A stretch of 63,838 nucleotides of DNA, counting the filler, from Hyphochytrium catenoides (taxonomy: Eukaryota; Protista; Hyphochytriomycota): NCBI GenBank assembly GCA_900088475.1. It is 6 parts of 6 records of this genome, joined end to end, with 100 filler letters (N's around TTAATTAATTAA, not from the genome) between each part and the next. Parts side by side here need not be neighbours in the genome. Positions count along the whole stretch, not along the records: positions 1 to 30,738 come from FLMG01002376.1; 5 more parts are not named here. One strand, given 5' to 3'. The translations under genes and the position numbers were made by a program. Below the pieces are notes generated by a model, which worked only from the letters and a program-made list of their open reading frames with translations, was not told where the DNA came from and did no database searches. Below are positions 1 to 13,429 of this stretch, piece after piece (the first letter of the stretch is position 1; each line of letters starts with the position of its first letter).

Positions 1-3000
1 ACATCCCTAGAAGACAAGAAAGGACACCCAGGCAAGAAGTCAGTACGGAAGGCAAAGAGAGGAGAGAAGAACAAGAGGAGAAAAGAAGAGTGAGAAAAGC
101 AATCTATTGATGACGCTGGAGTTAACATCTCGTCTTCTTATCATCATCGTAACAAGAGAAGAAGAGGAGGAGGGCAATGAGGGACGGCTCAGTACTTGCA
201 ATGCATCACGAAGCTTATTATAGAGCTTCCAGCCGTCGGTCGCATGCTGCTCCGATAAGGAGAAGAGTCAGTATTGAGAAGAACGAAATGGATATTGAGA
301 GAAGGACAACGGCAGGACAACATAGGAAAAACATATACTGACGGGAAGCATTGCCTAGCATCAATGAAGGAAGAAAAGGTCGTGGACTCTTATCCACGCG
401 CTGCTGTTGTCAATATTCGAAGCTAGCCTCTCACCTGCTCCTATTTGACCGTCGCGCTGGATGCATCGCTGTCCTTACATCAGGAGAAAGAGCGGTTGGT
501 GAACAGAAGGATACGGCGCAAGCGGACCTTACTGTTACTAGGTAGGCACCATTTGGTGGTGGTAGTGCTCTCGTCAAGCGGGTGTGTGCGTCTCTTCTTC
601 CTTTTGTTTTTCCTCCACTTTGTTAGTCGTCGTGGACATTCACTGCTTTTGCTGCGGCGTGCATCATTCTCATTTCTCTTCTTCTTGCCTCTCCCACCCT
701 CCGTCGACCGAGTACTACTCCTCACTCCTCTCTGGGTTTCTCCTTCTTCCTATAGTCGCGAGGTACTGGACAAATCCTTCTCTTCTCCGTTGGTTCCTTC
801 AGCCTCTCCACGAACCTGTTATTGCCTTACCTGGCCATCGAGCCGGTGCATGATGGATCTACTATGATGATTGATCCTTTTTGCTGTCATCAGAATTATT
901 GCCTTCGCCATTGGGGGCCAGTTCTTAAGCGTCGTCTTTCGTCTTACAAGCAGTTTGCTACTACTAGTCGCTGGGGTCCCGAGCTGGTGAGTCCTGCCAA
1001 TAGTATACCGCTGATGTCATAATAACGATGTCGTCGAAACTAACTGTCCGACGCTTCATCTCATAAGTATACCAATAACCCAGTGTCCGCCCGCCAGACC
1101 AAGGCTTTATAATAGGGTAGACGAGAAAGAGAAGGTTCCTCCTGCATAGCACCATGATGGACTGATTAAGAAACAACCGTCCGTCGTATGGGTTGCATGG
1201 TATTATTATGAGAGCCGCTGGGCGTCTCTTTATCAAGGATGACAAGCAAGCAGCGGCGTCAACACCCAGAAGCACGACGAGATCCCTTCTCGCTTAGTGG
1301 CGCTATTGACGTTTACTTCTGAAAAGCAATTCCTGCACTGAAGAACTATTCCGAGTATTCTGCTGCTACAGTTGAACGCTAATAATGATGCGGTGGTGGT
1401 GGCGGTGGTGGTGGTGAGTGTGGTCGTCGCCTGATGAGAAGGAGATCAGGAGGAAGCATATACTGGTAGTACTATAATGGAGACAGGCGGACGGCCGCCA
1501 CAGGAGTAGGAGAAGGAGGAAGAAAGAAGAAGAACGGGCAGCAGAAGAGAAGCAAGCAAGAATCTCGCTTTCTTAATACATAATAACTCGTACGAGCAGC
1601 CAAGGCTTTCATACCCACCGCTGTCCTTATGCACTGCCACGTGTTTTTACAAGAGCACAGGCAGGATTATACCTCTCTATCTGCTACGCTGCGGTCGTGG
1701 CGGTCAACGGTAGCAGAAATCTACGCTCGTCGCTGGTGCTGTTGATATTTTATAAAGGCATGATGATGACCGGCTGGTCTGGCGGGCGCGGCGGCGGGCG
1801 GTTGGCTGTTGCTGTGAGTGTGGCTTCGTGGCTTCTTCTTACTATTATCTTCCCCTTCTATTTTATCATTATCTTTATTTCTACTGCTTCTCTGCCAGAA
1901 GAAAAATAGACTTCTAAAAGTATCCATTACCCCTAAGAATAAGCTCTGTAGTACCACTGCCTCAATGCAACCAGGTGCGGCGGCGTCATCCCACCACCAC
2001 TCGTGGCCTTATCCTCCTCCTCAACATATATAGAACTATCATTCAAACAATTTGAAGAGTTGACGGTGGGTCTTCATCACTCCTTCTTCATCTTACAGGG
2101 TAGTAAGCTGCTTACTGTACGACTCCCAAGCTTCATTTGCCTCCTCTAAGGACGGACTGTTATTATTCATTGTACTTGTTTGGACCTCCGTATTACTTTC
2201 CATAAAAAAGATTACTCGTATAACAATGACTCACAAAGTACAACGCAGCCCTACTGAAGAATCTGCACTCTAATCTTCTTCTTCGTGTCACTTGACTACA
2301 GTAGTAAAAGTAAGGCGTGATCCACGTCAGTCACTCGGAGAATGTGCAGGACAGGGACTTGTGATAAGTCAATGGTTTATACTTGTGAAAAAGACAACAA
2401 CCTGGAATGCTTCTAGTGCAGTATTTTGAGGAAGTGAGTAAGAACAGCCTGGCCCGCCCCGCCCCCATAGGACAAACAGACCATAGAACAGACCGAAAGG
2501 AACTGGGAAACAAATCTCTTTTTTACTTCTGACAATTACTACTCGTACTCAGAACAGTGAATTTCCCCGAACAACAAAGGCTTTTTTAGTTTATTGCAAG
2601 GCGGGACATTTTCTGCACAAAGTTTCTTACCTGAAAGTTTTTTACCCTACAATGATCAAGGTCCAAAATAGAGCCAAGGAATTGTGTTTGGAAGCTTTTA
2701 GCACCTAGCAAGGAAAGAGTGAGGTAGATGGGAAGGCGCACCATATATATTTTGTGTTGCAGCAGTACAGTACTGCAGTGCAGCTGTACAGGTAGCGTTC
2801 TTCCCCTGCTGCTCGCACTGTGGGCTGAGAAGGAAATATGAGTTCCAACAGAGAAAAGAGGAACATCGAGCAGAATGTCGAAGTCCACCGCGACATCGAT
2901 CCACGGGGCTCCATTTGTCCAACCACAGGCTGTCTTTCGCACCGCGCCACCAGTTAGTGCAGAGAAACAAAGCTATTGAGGATGAGGTGACTTTTGCCTT

Positions 3001-4899
3001 GTCTCACCTTCGAATGTCCCAATGTCCCTCTCCTACACGACATGGGTGCCACAATCACGCATCTTTTCACCCAGAACAGAGAAAGAGTAGCGGTCCTACC
3101 CATCCCCAGCCAACAGCGTCACGATTCAATGGACATGTGAAGCTCAATAGCTCAATGGCAGACGGCCCACCCACTACTCGTAGTTCTATTGAGCAAAAAC
3201 AGAAAGACTCCATGCCAAGAAGAGCTGCAGGGCACTGGAAGAACAATAACGATGGCTACTCTTTGTTTCTTCTCCTACCTGGCCATCGCACCAACCTTAG
3301 GGTCTGGGTCAAGATGAGGCTAACAGTTGGTTCCACAAGGGTTATACCCCTGTGTCCCAAATAACGCCCTTTACCAGCTGGCCACAAGGAGAACAACATG
3401 GCTCTTTCGTTGCCTTTCTACGTCTTCCTCATGGTCTACACTGATCTGTCACCACTTTGCTCCGTGGCTTGGGCCAAACCACAACGAAGAATAAGGTTAG
3501 GCATTTTCCTGGTTCCACCCATCCTCCTAAAATATTCGCTTACAATAGATTATGCATTTACTGATTTTGTACGGAAGGGAAGATGCGTGATTACTGTGTG
3601 GGACAAAGAGTTTTTACTGTAAGATACTCCAGAGTATATGGATATGTGGATAAGCGATTTGTCTTTTTCCATATTATTTTATTGAAAGGAGGGACCTTTA
3701 TTAATCCACAACCTAGTAGTTTATTTCGGCTAGGGAATAGTTCTACATTTATGGGTATGTATTGAAGACAAAAAAGTTCCATTTTTATTACTTTTCCTAT
3801 ATAATAATTAGGGAGGAAGTGTTCTTTTTACTAGAACATCTGTATTTACCTTGAAAGCCTGTCTGCCCCTTTATCCCATCACAACAACAGGATGCCAGCT
3901 CTCCGCAGCAGCAGCAGCAGCAGAAGCTGGGTGACGATCGACATCAAGCTCCTCATTGTGATCTCAATCAGCTTGTTGGCCCCTCTCCCCAAGCAGGCGG
4001 TGGAAAGAAGAAAGAATATTAAAGAATGGGGCTCCCAGCGACACTGTCTCCCTCCGAATGTGCCATCTCTCCCATTTTTGCCGTTCGATCATACGCCTCT
4101 TGCCTCTCACCTTCCGCTCACAGGTTTTACACCCATCCTACATGTCAGCCTGTGGTCTTCTGCTAGAATAAGCCAGGGACAGAGAGTCCTGCTGTTGCCA
4201 CTAGTCCATTAGGTCACCTGATGAACTTCCTGCCCCACCGTCGCCCTTGAGGCGAAGTTCTATTTTCTATGTTTCTTCTTCTTCAGTAACGTCCGGCCAG
4301 CCTCAACAGTTAAACTGGCTGGTCACTCTGTTTCGGTGGAAAGGACGTCAAGGGCCCACCCGTCGTTCTCTCCCTCCTCTACCACACGTGTTGAAGAGTC
4401 TCCTACTTTATTTCCTAACCCTCGTAGGCAACCTCTCTTTGCTTCCTCCGATGCTCCATGAGCCTACTGCTGTCCTACCGTCAGCTTAATCACCGGGGAA
4501 TAAGCTGTAGTTCTTCTATGATGGGAGCTATTCATTATGAGGGTAGATAATAATATTGCTCTTCTTTTTGTTCTGTGGTCTCCCTTGTATCGTTCAACAA
4601 GCGGTGTTACACTGTTCTTTTCCCATATAACTAGCTTCTCCCTGTCCCTTTATAAGTTTGAATAGTTTCTGCGTACTTTGGAAGGGTCATCTCGGTTCCT
4701 CCATAAGTGCCCGCTGCTCCCACAATGACGAGGAGAGGAAAAGCCACAGGTAATAAAAGATAGACCAAAGGTTCCTTTCTAAAAGCGAACAGTGCGGGAA
4801 ATAATACGTACCGAAGACCGAGAGAGAAAGGGAACAATCAGGAGAGAGGTGGCTGTCTAAGCGGAGCTCTTTTGCTCTCCTACTAATAAGAGCAATACT

Positions 4900-5466
4900 C
4901 ATTCATGAGCCACCACTCTGTCTCTCTCTCTCTCCTCTCATCTGGAGGCCCGTCCAACAGCAGGCCTTCCTGCTATTTGGGCGAACCCATCAGTGAGAGG
5001 CTGGGAGCGTGTCTACCCCGTAGCAGAGAGAGAGAGAGACAAGACAAAGCAGCCAGCACTCCTCTCTCTTCAACAATTTTCCAACTCCTTACCCTCTCTC
5101 TCCCTTTCCCACTGTGTTCATTAAGAGACCATCTTCTTTCCTTGGCTTGTTGTCCCCCCGTTGGGAGAGGGAAGGACAACAGCCAAAACCTGCGGACTGA
5201 TAGGTTCGAGCCCATTGGCTGACTGCAAATCGAAGGAGAGGGGGGCGTCTTCGCACTAACCACTGCGAGACAGAGGACAGCGAGATCTGCGCGCCAAAAG
5301 GGACACAATGCTGGGAGTTAGGGAAAACCAGAGTGGGAGAAAGAGAGAGATGTCTCTTGCTGTCTCTCTAACAAAGCTTCTCTTGTACTATTTGTCCCCC
5401 AACCGCCCATCTATCTCCGTCTTTTCTCCCACTCTTGCCTCCCTCGTTCTCCCTCTCTCCCTCCCC

Positions 5467-5531
<65 letters not shown>

Positions 5532-6112
5532 TTCTCTCTCTCTCTCTCATTCTCTCTCTCTCTTTCTCTTTTTCTTTGTTTTCCTCCCCCAGGGTGGTGA
5601 GGGCTGACACAGAGGAAACTCTGCCGCTGGCTTCTGGGTCGGTGGTGGAGGTCTGTGGACTTCTTCGTGCTCGCCGCACACTCTCTGCGTACATTCTCCG
5701 CCATCACAAGACTCGCTTCTCTCTCTCTCTCTCTCTCTTACTCTACTTCTTACTTTCTCTCTATTTGTCCGAAACTTCTCCATCCTACGTCTTTCTCCTG
5801 TCTGTTTGTCCTTTCTCCTTCTGTGAGTGTCGAGTCACTCGTCTGGGCTGGCTGTCTGGGGGCTCTCTTGTTGATTGCCTCATCAGCATTCTCTCTCCTT
5901 TTCTTGGCTTCTTCCTCCTTGGTATCCGCTGCCACACCGAGGGACACTCTCAGCTCCATCCCTATCTCCTGAGCCTGGGTTGTCCGCTGGCTCTTGCCCT
6001 CCTGTCCGCTGCTTGGGATTGGTATTATTTTCCAATCACTGCGGCAGCACCAGCCCATGAACTTGTCATCGTACTCTACATAAGGAAAAGTACAGGAGCC
6101 GTGATTTCTTGT

Positions 6113-6156
<44 letters not shown>

Positions 6157-7290
6157 ATCCTGTCGCTCTTCGCTTTCTCTTGCACGTACTCGCGCCTCCT
6201 TCTTTCCTGCTCCGGCCCTACTAGCTCCAATCGGCCGCTCATGACGCGAGACTGGGTCCGCGAATAGGCAGACGAAGACAAAAAAGACGCTCTAGGGGAA
6301 CGTGGCAAGGGAAGAAAGAAGAAGAACAGAACAGCCACATTTCACGCCTGCCTCTCTCTCGCTCTCTCATCGCTCTCAGCTTGCCGCTTTTTCTGCTCCT
6401 GCTCCCTGCGACCCTCCTGAACCCAAACATGCGCTCCTGCTGACTCTTCTCTCGTCGACTCCCATTATAGAACTAGTCTCTCTCTTTTTTCTCATCGCCT
6501 TCATGCTAATGACTGGAGATGTCTCTGTCGATCCTCTTTCCGAGCTCTCATGGAGTCTGAAGGCGCGGTATCTCCATCTCTCTCCGGTACATTTCAACTA
6601 GTCAATAGAACGATGCGACCATCTAAGAAAAAGCTCTGAAAGTGCACCATCAGGAGTCAAGCGTCAGAGGTCTTGCCTTGTACTCGGAGGACCAGCAATC
6701 ACCATTGCTTGTCTCTCTATCTATCTATCCTTCGTCAGTTTCTCTCTCTTCAATCTCTCTCTCTCTCTCTCTCTCTCTCTACCCTCGTCCAGTGAGGGGG
6801 AACTATCATATATCTCTTCTGGTCCTTGTGCATCGGTACTCCTTCCGCCTGCATAAAGGAAAGGGAGACAATATACCTAAACTTGGCTGCCACACTTCTG
6901 TCTCTCTCTCTTTCTTACGCCCTCTCTCTCTCTCTCTCTTCAGTTTGCTCCCTTTATCGCTGGCCGCTGTTGAGCTTCGCTCCACTTCGGAACCAGTCTT
7001 TGGGCTTCGAATTCCCGTCTCTTCGCTTGCTTCCTGACAACGAGCTACCCTTTGCCCACGCCTTAGAAAGGACTGGGACCAGCTTCTTTTTCATTTTATT
7101 ATCCGTTGCGATAAGAAGGCCTTTCTCCCTTTAGCTCTCTCCGTTCCTTTCTCTACTCTTCGCTGATCCAATCCCTAACTCTGCCTTGTGCCACCTTGGT
7201 TTGCGGCTTCCGCACGTGCGCATTAAGCAAAAAAGAGATTCGGACAGACTCTTTTTCTCTCTCTGTTTGTTCTCCTGTCTCTCTCTCTCT
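4900..7290. repeat. (CT)n/(GA)n microsatellite-dense non-coding region upstream of the WRKY19-like gene
   Basis: Multiple (CT)n runs, e.g. ~5450-5570, 5715-5740, 6115-6155, 6755-6780 and 6900-6940. The long Ser/Leu and Arg/Glu ORFs in the track are translations of these runs. Confidence 0.9.
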
Positions 7291-7307
7291 CCTCAAAGAA
7301 AGCCAAC

Positions 7308-8387
7308 ATGATGCAGAAGGAAGGCGGCGAGGAAGGGAAACCTCAGTACCTGGTCGGCGTAGAAGAAGAGAATAAAAAGGAGGAACAGGAGTTTGTCTCA
7401 ACGGACAGACGAGCCACCGCTGATAACCCGGACGTTGGAGAAGAGAGAAGGAGTGCCGCTAAAGGAAAGCGGAAGAGAGGGACTCCAAAAGAGAGCAAAC
7501 ACGCCATCAAACGCAAGAGACACGCGGAAGAAAACAGCAGACCCTTTTCTACCTCGAGGTCTACTTCTTCCTCATCGTCTAAACTTTTAGTGGACGGCTT
7601 GCCTTCCAAGAGTAGCTCCTCGTCCTCCAGTAGCAAGAAGAGAAAGACGAAGACGAAGCGCCAAGAGGGTGGCGCTCACCAACGGGGAGTATCCTCACGG
7701 AGCAACAAAGAGAGCGGCGCTGACATCTCTTCTCTTGATCAGCAGCGAAAGGCGGCTTTGGCTGCCCGTGGCCGCGCCAAGCGTTCGCACTGTAAGCACC
7801 AGAATTGCACCAAGTACGCGGTGAAAGGCGGCGTCTGCGTGGAGCATGGCGCCAGAGTGCCCCGCTGCCAGGTTGAAGGGTGCGGAAAATGCGCGGTGAG
7901 AGAGGGCGTCTGCGTCCGTCATGGCGCCAAAGTAAAGCGCGCGCGATGCAAGCACGAAGGCTGCGAGAAATATTCTGTCAAGCAAGGAGTTTGCGTCTCT
8001 CATGGCGCGTCTGTGGAGCATCCGCGCTGCAAGGTGCCCAACTGTACCAAATACGCGCAACGCTCTGGTGTCTGTGTGAAGCACGGGGCCAAGCCTCGCC
8101 ATCTGCGGTGCCAGGTGCCAGGTTGTTTGAAGTACGCAAAGAGCGGCGGCTTCTGCATTTCGCATGGCACCAGCGGGTCTCCTACGAGTCAATGTACTAT
8201 AGATGGCTGCACTGGGAAGCTAGAAGATCCTCACGGTGAGCTCTGTAGGAAACACGCCAGGCAGCGGCCCCGTTGCAGCCTGGCGGGATGTTCTAAATAT
8301 GCCAAGACCACGGAAGGCTTTTGTCTGGAGCATAAACGGACAGCGAGTCAGTGGCAGCATGACAGAGATCAGGAAGAAAAAGAGTGA
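7308..8387 (+). CDS. Intronless nuclear protein with seven WRKY19-like C-x4-C-x9/11-C-x2-H zinc-finger repeats
   Basis: 359-aa ORF with repeats CKHQNCTKYAVKGGVCVEHG, CQVEGCGKCAVREGVCVRHG, CKHEGCEKYSVKQGVCVSHG, CKVPNCTKYAQRSGVCVKHG, CQVPGCLKYAKSGGFCISHG plus two degenerate copies. The N-terminus has basic NLS-like tracts (KGKRKR, KKRKTKTKR). Confidence 0.85.
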   Translation: MMQKEGGEEGKPQYLVGVEEENKKEEQEFVSTDRRATADNPDVGEERRSAAKGKRKRGTPKESKHAIKRKRHAEENSRPFSTSRSTSSSSSKLLVDGLPSKSSSSSSSSKKRKTKTKRQEGGAHQRGVSSRSNKESGADISSLDQQRKAALAARGRAKRSHCKHQNCTKYAVKGGVCVEHGARVPRCQVEGCGKCAVREGVCVRHGAKVKRARCKHEGCEKYSVKQGVCVSHGASVEHPRCKVPNCTKYAQRSGVCVKHGAKPRHLRCQVPGCLKYAKSGGFCISHGTSGSPTSQCTIDGCTGKLEDPHGELCRKHARQRPRCSLAGCSKYAKTTEGFCLEHKRTASQWQHDRDQEEKE

Positions 8388-9756
8388 GGATGGCGTCTCT
8401 CTTGCCTTCCATTTCTCTTTCTGTCTTTCTTTCCTCAGTCCTCCGCAGTCTCCCATATCTCTGTGGAGTGAACCTTTCTATCTCTTGATAATCCTCATTT
8501 CTCTGTGCACAACTTTAAGCCCTTTAGCTTGTCAACAGGGACAAGCTTCAACGTTCAGCATCTCCTGTAAGACAGCGGCAAGGGACCTTACTAATGCAGA
8601 CTCTATCCCGCTAAACGCTGCGGCGCTTTGGATCAATCTCCCTGCCTGAAGCAGCTCCACACGCTTTTCCGCAAGCTGTGGGGTTTGAAGCCGCAGAGAC
8701 TACTGGACCAGAGGAGAATCATAACGATGCAAGACGCTGAACTGTCGCTGGGCCCTCAGGCAGCTTAGCTCCCTTGCTATTATATTGCTTGGCATAGCGC
8801 GGACTACGACAAGGGATGTGTGGATAGCGCAGCACTGCGGTGAGGCTAGCCCATGGGAGGGAGCTTGAGAAGGAGGGCTGCTATCTATAAAGGAGAAATC
8901 AAGGAAGCACGCGTCCTCGTCTTTCATCACATTGGCGGTCCCACACTCCTCGTTCCTTTGTCCACATCGCACCATGCATGATTTATCATGAGATGGCTTA
9001 GCACTTGTGTATGTACAGGTTAAGCAGCGCCGGGATTTGGGGCGAGCGTAGTAAGGCCCAGGCAAAGAGCTATAAAGGATGCATGACTAGCACAGATGGA
9101 TCACTTATCACGTGGTAACCGCTGATGGTGGCTGGTACTGAAGCTCATAGCCAAAGAGAACTCACGACAACCGGGCATCTTGTTTCCTCTCTGGTTGCAA
9201 CGCGGGACTCTATCGTCCTTCGTCCGCACCGGATCCAGAGGTCAGCATCCTAGAGGTCGGCTAGGATTGAGACTCAAATATTAAGAGTGAAGACAGCGGT
9301 GGGAACAGGAGCCCCCAAGGTCGGCTGGAAGACAAGCTCTTCAAGGATAAGGAGTGAACGGTGCAGTAGAAATACCGTGAGCAGCACAAATGGATTATGA
9401 GAAGATGATTTTGCTGCTGACAGTCCGAGAGGATAGCGATGTCTAACGAATGCCATCAGCGTCCAGCATGCCTCAGACAATGTGCCGCTAGCGAGATCTC
9501 TTCATTGTTGGCTCCTTCTTGTTCATCCTAGGGCGGCATGTTACATGGATCTATTTGCTCATAAATAACCGTTAATAGGGCTATTGTTTACTCTGCACGG
9601 CGGGATGCACTCCTTTCTCTCCCTTCTCCCTAACCGAGAGGATCGCTCTATGTCTTGCCCTCATCTCGGCGTCTGGAGTGAGTTGTCCCTGCAACTAAGG
9701 ACTGCGTGGCCCCACCGCCATCGGCTCCTCTCTCTCTCTCGTTTCTCTATGAAGTG

Positions 9757-12626
9757 TTAGATGCTCTCCCTCAGCCCGATCGGCTGCAGGCCGTTGGATG
9801 AGACTCCTCCTGTCTCAGAAACACTCTTTCTCCTCACTGTGCTACCCTTGAGATCTATGAACTCCCAGCGGCCGCCAGGCAGAAACTGAAGGAGGAAGTC
9901 GTGATGGTCCCTCAACCCAGGCTTATGTCCCACACTGAGGAAAGTGATACCCAGGCTCTTGATGGTCTGATAGAATAATGCTTCGTTCTTTGCGTCGAGA
10001 GCACTAGACAGTTTAGGACAAGGGCCAAGCCAGGGAAAGCACCATGATCAGTAGGTAGAGAGGACAGTCAAGGATAGGGCAGAGTCATTGTAGAGTAGGA
10101 CGTGGTGCAGAGTGAGGGCAAACAGCTCGCTTGTTTTAAGATAAAACAGAGCAAGAACACTGCTGAAGAGATGTATATGTGACCATCCCTTAGAGAGAAA
10201 TCGTGCGAACGTTGAGAGTATGAGGGTGCATAGCGCCATCGAAGCGAGGGACCAAACGGCCTTGTAGAAACTAGTTACCTGGTTGATTCATCCATCAGAC
10301 AGAACTTTGGCTTCTGGACGCAAATCCTCGCCAGGGCCAAACGCTGCTGCTCTCCTGACGACAAGACATTCGCCCAATCTTCCGTCACGTCCAGATCACT
10401 TCCGTGGCGCTTCAGCAGTCCTGAAAGGTTGACAGTGTGCAGACTCTTGAGCAGCACCTCGTCCGATACCTCTTTGGCTCTGAAAGGGTAGCAGAGCTGC
10501 TCTCTCAATGTCCCAAGCACCATGTAGGGCTTCTGGGGCAGGAAGAGAACATCTCCCATCGTGGGACGGAGGACCGTTCCCGTGCCTTCTTCCCAGAGCC
10601 CAGCAATTACGCGGAGGAGGCTGGACTTACCGCATCCGCTTTCACCGTTAATCTGAACAGAAGGACAAAGCTCAGACAGGACGGGAGATGAATGGGCGAA
10701 CCAACTTAGGAGATAGGCCACAAGTTAATTACAACCAGGTATAGGTAAACACTCATTGTGCCCAAATGGCAGAGAAGGGAGCAAAGTCTAAGCGCAAGAA
10801 CCGAGGAATATGGTAGTGAAGGGGAGACAAAGCCAGACAGATCAACAGGAAGAAGAACCGCTTAGAAGAGAAGTGAAAACTGACCAGCAGTCCTCGTCCT
10901 TCTGGTAGGGCGAACGATAGAGTTGAGATCAGAACTCGATCTGTCCGAGGAACAACTATTGTCACGTCCTGAAGCCCGAGCAATTCACTGTTCTCATACT
11001 TTATACCGCCTTCTAAAGGAGATAAGGTCAGCGTGCTCTCTCTTTCCAGAGGCAGCATATCTTTCTTCTCCGCGATTTCGTCAAACGTCGTCACAAGATC
11101 CATAATGCGGTGCACCGCCGTAGACAGTGCGGCAAACTCCGCAAAGGAAGACACGAAGAGGTTTAGGCCGGAGAAGACCCTAAGAAAAGCCTCAGTTGCT
11201 AGCGTAAGCTTTCCCACCTCCAGGTCCTTCTTCAGTATGGCAGGGCCAATGACCACGGCCGGAATAACGTAGGGGAGGAGACGATACGCCATCGTAAAGG
11301 AGGATAGAAGCAGCTTCTTCCAATANNNNNNNNNNNNNNNNNNNNNNNNNNNNNNNNNNNNNNNNNNNNNNNNNNNNCTCTCGTGACCTTCTCCACCATA
11401 GAAGGCGATCTGCTCGGCGTTCTCTCTGATGTGCACGAAAGTATAACGAAGATCCGCCTCCAGCTTCAGCACGTTAAAGTTCAGCTTCACCAAAATATTT
11501 CCGAAGATCCTGATGGTGAGAAAGGTTCCTACTGAGGTGTACAGCACGAGGAAGTGGAAGAGAGAGGGAGATACCTCATAGAGAACGAGAGAGAAGGCTG
11601 TGATGGATGCCACGGAGCTAACCACCGCAGTGACTAGGTCCACGCTGATTGCGCAGTAGGAAGCGACGTCCTGAGCGATCCGCTGATCAGGATTGTCAAT
11701 ATCTTCGCGCTTGAGATGCAGCTTGTAGTATGACTGACAGCTCAGATACCGCGCCGTCATCCACTGCGTCAGAGAGCGGCGCCAAAAAAGCCCTAGGCGA
11801 GCGATTGTATAGTGACATAGCGTAGACAGTGGGACATAGCTGGATCGGAAGAGAGCACAGGAAGGCGGCAAGGGAGGGTTAGCTCAGTGTTAACAGCCTG
11901 GCTGCGGGTGAAAAGCGCCTGTCGAAGGAAGGCCAAACAGCGAAGCAGCCAGTAAAGGGATCAGTGGCGGGGAAGACTCTAGCTTGATTGGAAATATAGG
12001 ACGCAGAGAAGTGGACAGCTTATCCCCGACAGAGGAAGGAAGGCATACTACTGCGGCGGTCAACCTGCGTCCTTGAAGATAGGGGCACCAAGACAACGGA
12101 CGGGGCAGGAGAAGGGCAAGAGAGAATAACACTGAGAAGTGCAAGGAGAGAGAAAGGCTATCTCATAGCCCGCAGGGGGTCAGGCAAGTAGATAGGTCTT
12201 GTTGACTCACCAAATGATAATGACGGCCTGAGCTTTCAGGTTGTCCCAAAAGAGCTCTTCGTTAGCCTTTGAGAGAGAGGAGACGATCTCGCTGTTCGTC
12301 TTGTCGAATCGCACCCGCAGATTGGTCTCTAGCATGATCAGCGATAGGATCAGGCCCAGTAGCAACCAGGCCGTCCGCCCATACTCCTCCGACTGCCAGA
12401 AGAGCTTCGCTAGCCGGAGATATTGGACGATATCAAGAGAAAGACCTGATGGCGAGCTGGACTGCTTAGGCTCAGTCAGAAGAGTTCTCTGTGACTCCTC
12501 CTGGTCTGAGCGCCCTTCCCCTACCTCAGCCCGGGTCAGCTCTTCCGAGCCCCGAGAAGCCTCCTCCTCCGACCTGAGAACCTGGTCGTAAGCCGCCTTC
12601 GCTGTCCCTGCCTTCTTGGGCGCCAT
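9757..12626 (-). CDS. ABC transporter subfamily D half-transporter (TMD-NBD; YddA/plant ABCD2/ABCD4-like), 4 exons
   Basis: Exons ~12626-12211, 11840-10885, 10652-10279 and 10003-9757, joined by GT-AG introns. Motifs: IDNPDQRI, EAA-like LEADLRYTFVHIRENAEQIAFYGG, Walker A GESGCGKS, FLPQKPYMVLGTLREQLCYP, signature LSSGEQQRLALAR, Walker B/D-loop LMDESTSALD, SVGH. An internal N gap lies at 11326-11377. Confidence 0.92.
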
Positions 12627-13429
12627 AGCTGCTTTAACAGCCTTTCAATAGGAAGCGGCACGAGTCATCTCCAGCCCGTATGACTAGGTAGCGGGACACA
12701 GCGAGAGGTCAACTCGATCTAGCTTGGCAGGCAGCAGGCGGCTGGAGACTGGACTTTGAGGACGGATCAATCAATCGTCACACCTATATTTTAAATGAGA
12801 TGGACTAATGTATAGGAAATGCCTGTGTAAGTGTGAGACAGATAGCTCGGTAGGATCGGATCTCAATCAACCCAGAAAGCTCATAGAACTAAAAAATACA
12901 AAAGAAGCATAAGGCTGGTAACGGCTATCATTGCAAATCGACCTGACAGTGGTCTACAGTACCGTCCCCTCATTGCTGTATTCCAGAACGAGAACATACC
13001 AGTAGGCCAATGATGCCGTTAGCGGGTGGCCCGTACTTTCCCTCTCAAACTTGGCATCCAAAACCTCTGTGGCTGCCTCTCTCCATCCTCCCTCGCTCCT
13101 CCTCCCCCTGAGTCTTCAACATCATCATCAGCCTCGCGTCTCGCGTCTCACTCTTGGACTCTATCCGAAGCCGCTCATCAGGCACCTGAAGCGTCCCCAG
13201 AAGCTGCAGTCATAGTCTGCTGGACCTCTGCGTGAGCCCTCACCTTACTACTTTGAACCTCCTGCTTCCTACATGCTTCAGTGGTGCCTCACGGGTGCAG
13301 CTGCCGGCTTGACTGGCGTAGCGGAGGTTGATTTGGACCAGGGGACACTATAACAAACAGAGGAACTGCGGCATTAGGTTATCGGTTCCTGAGGGTTAGA
13401 GCTCCACAGCGCGTGACAATCCAGGGAGG

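Noticed and set aside
5195-5220. GGTTCGAGCCC resembling a tRNA T-loop/B-box
   Set aside because: The flanks do not form a T-stem, and no acceptor, D or anticodon arms are present.
5593-5650. Exon-like island (CCCCAG|...RVVRADTEETLPLASGSVVE|GTCTGT) within CT tracts
   Set aside because: It could not be linked to neighbouring exons to give a recognisable protein. It may be a UTR exon or chance.
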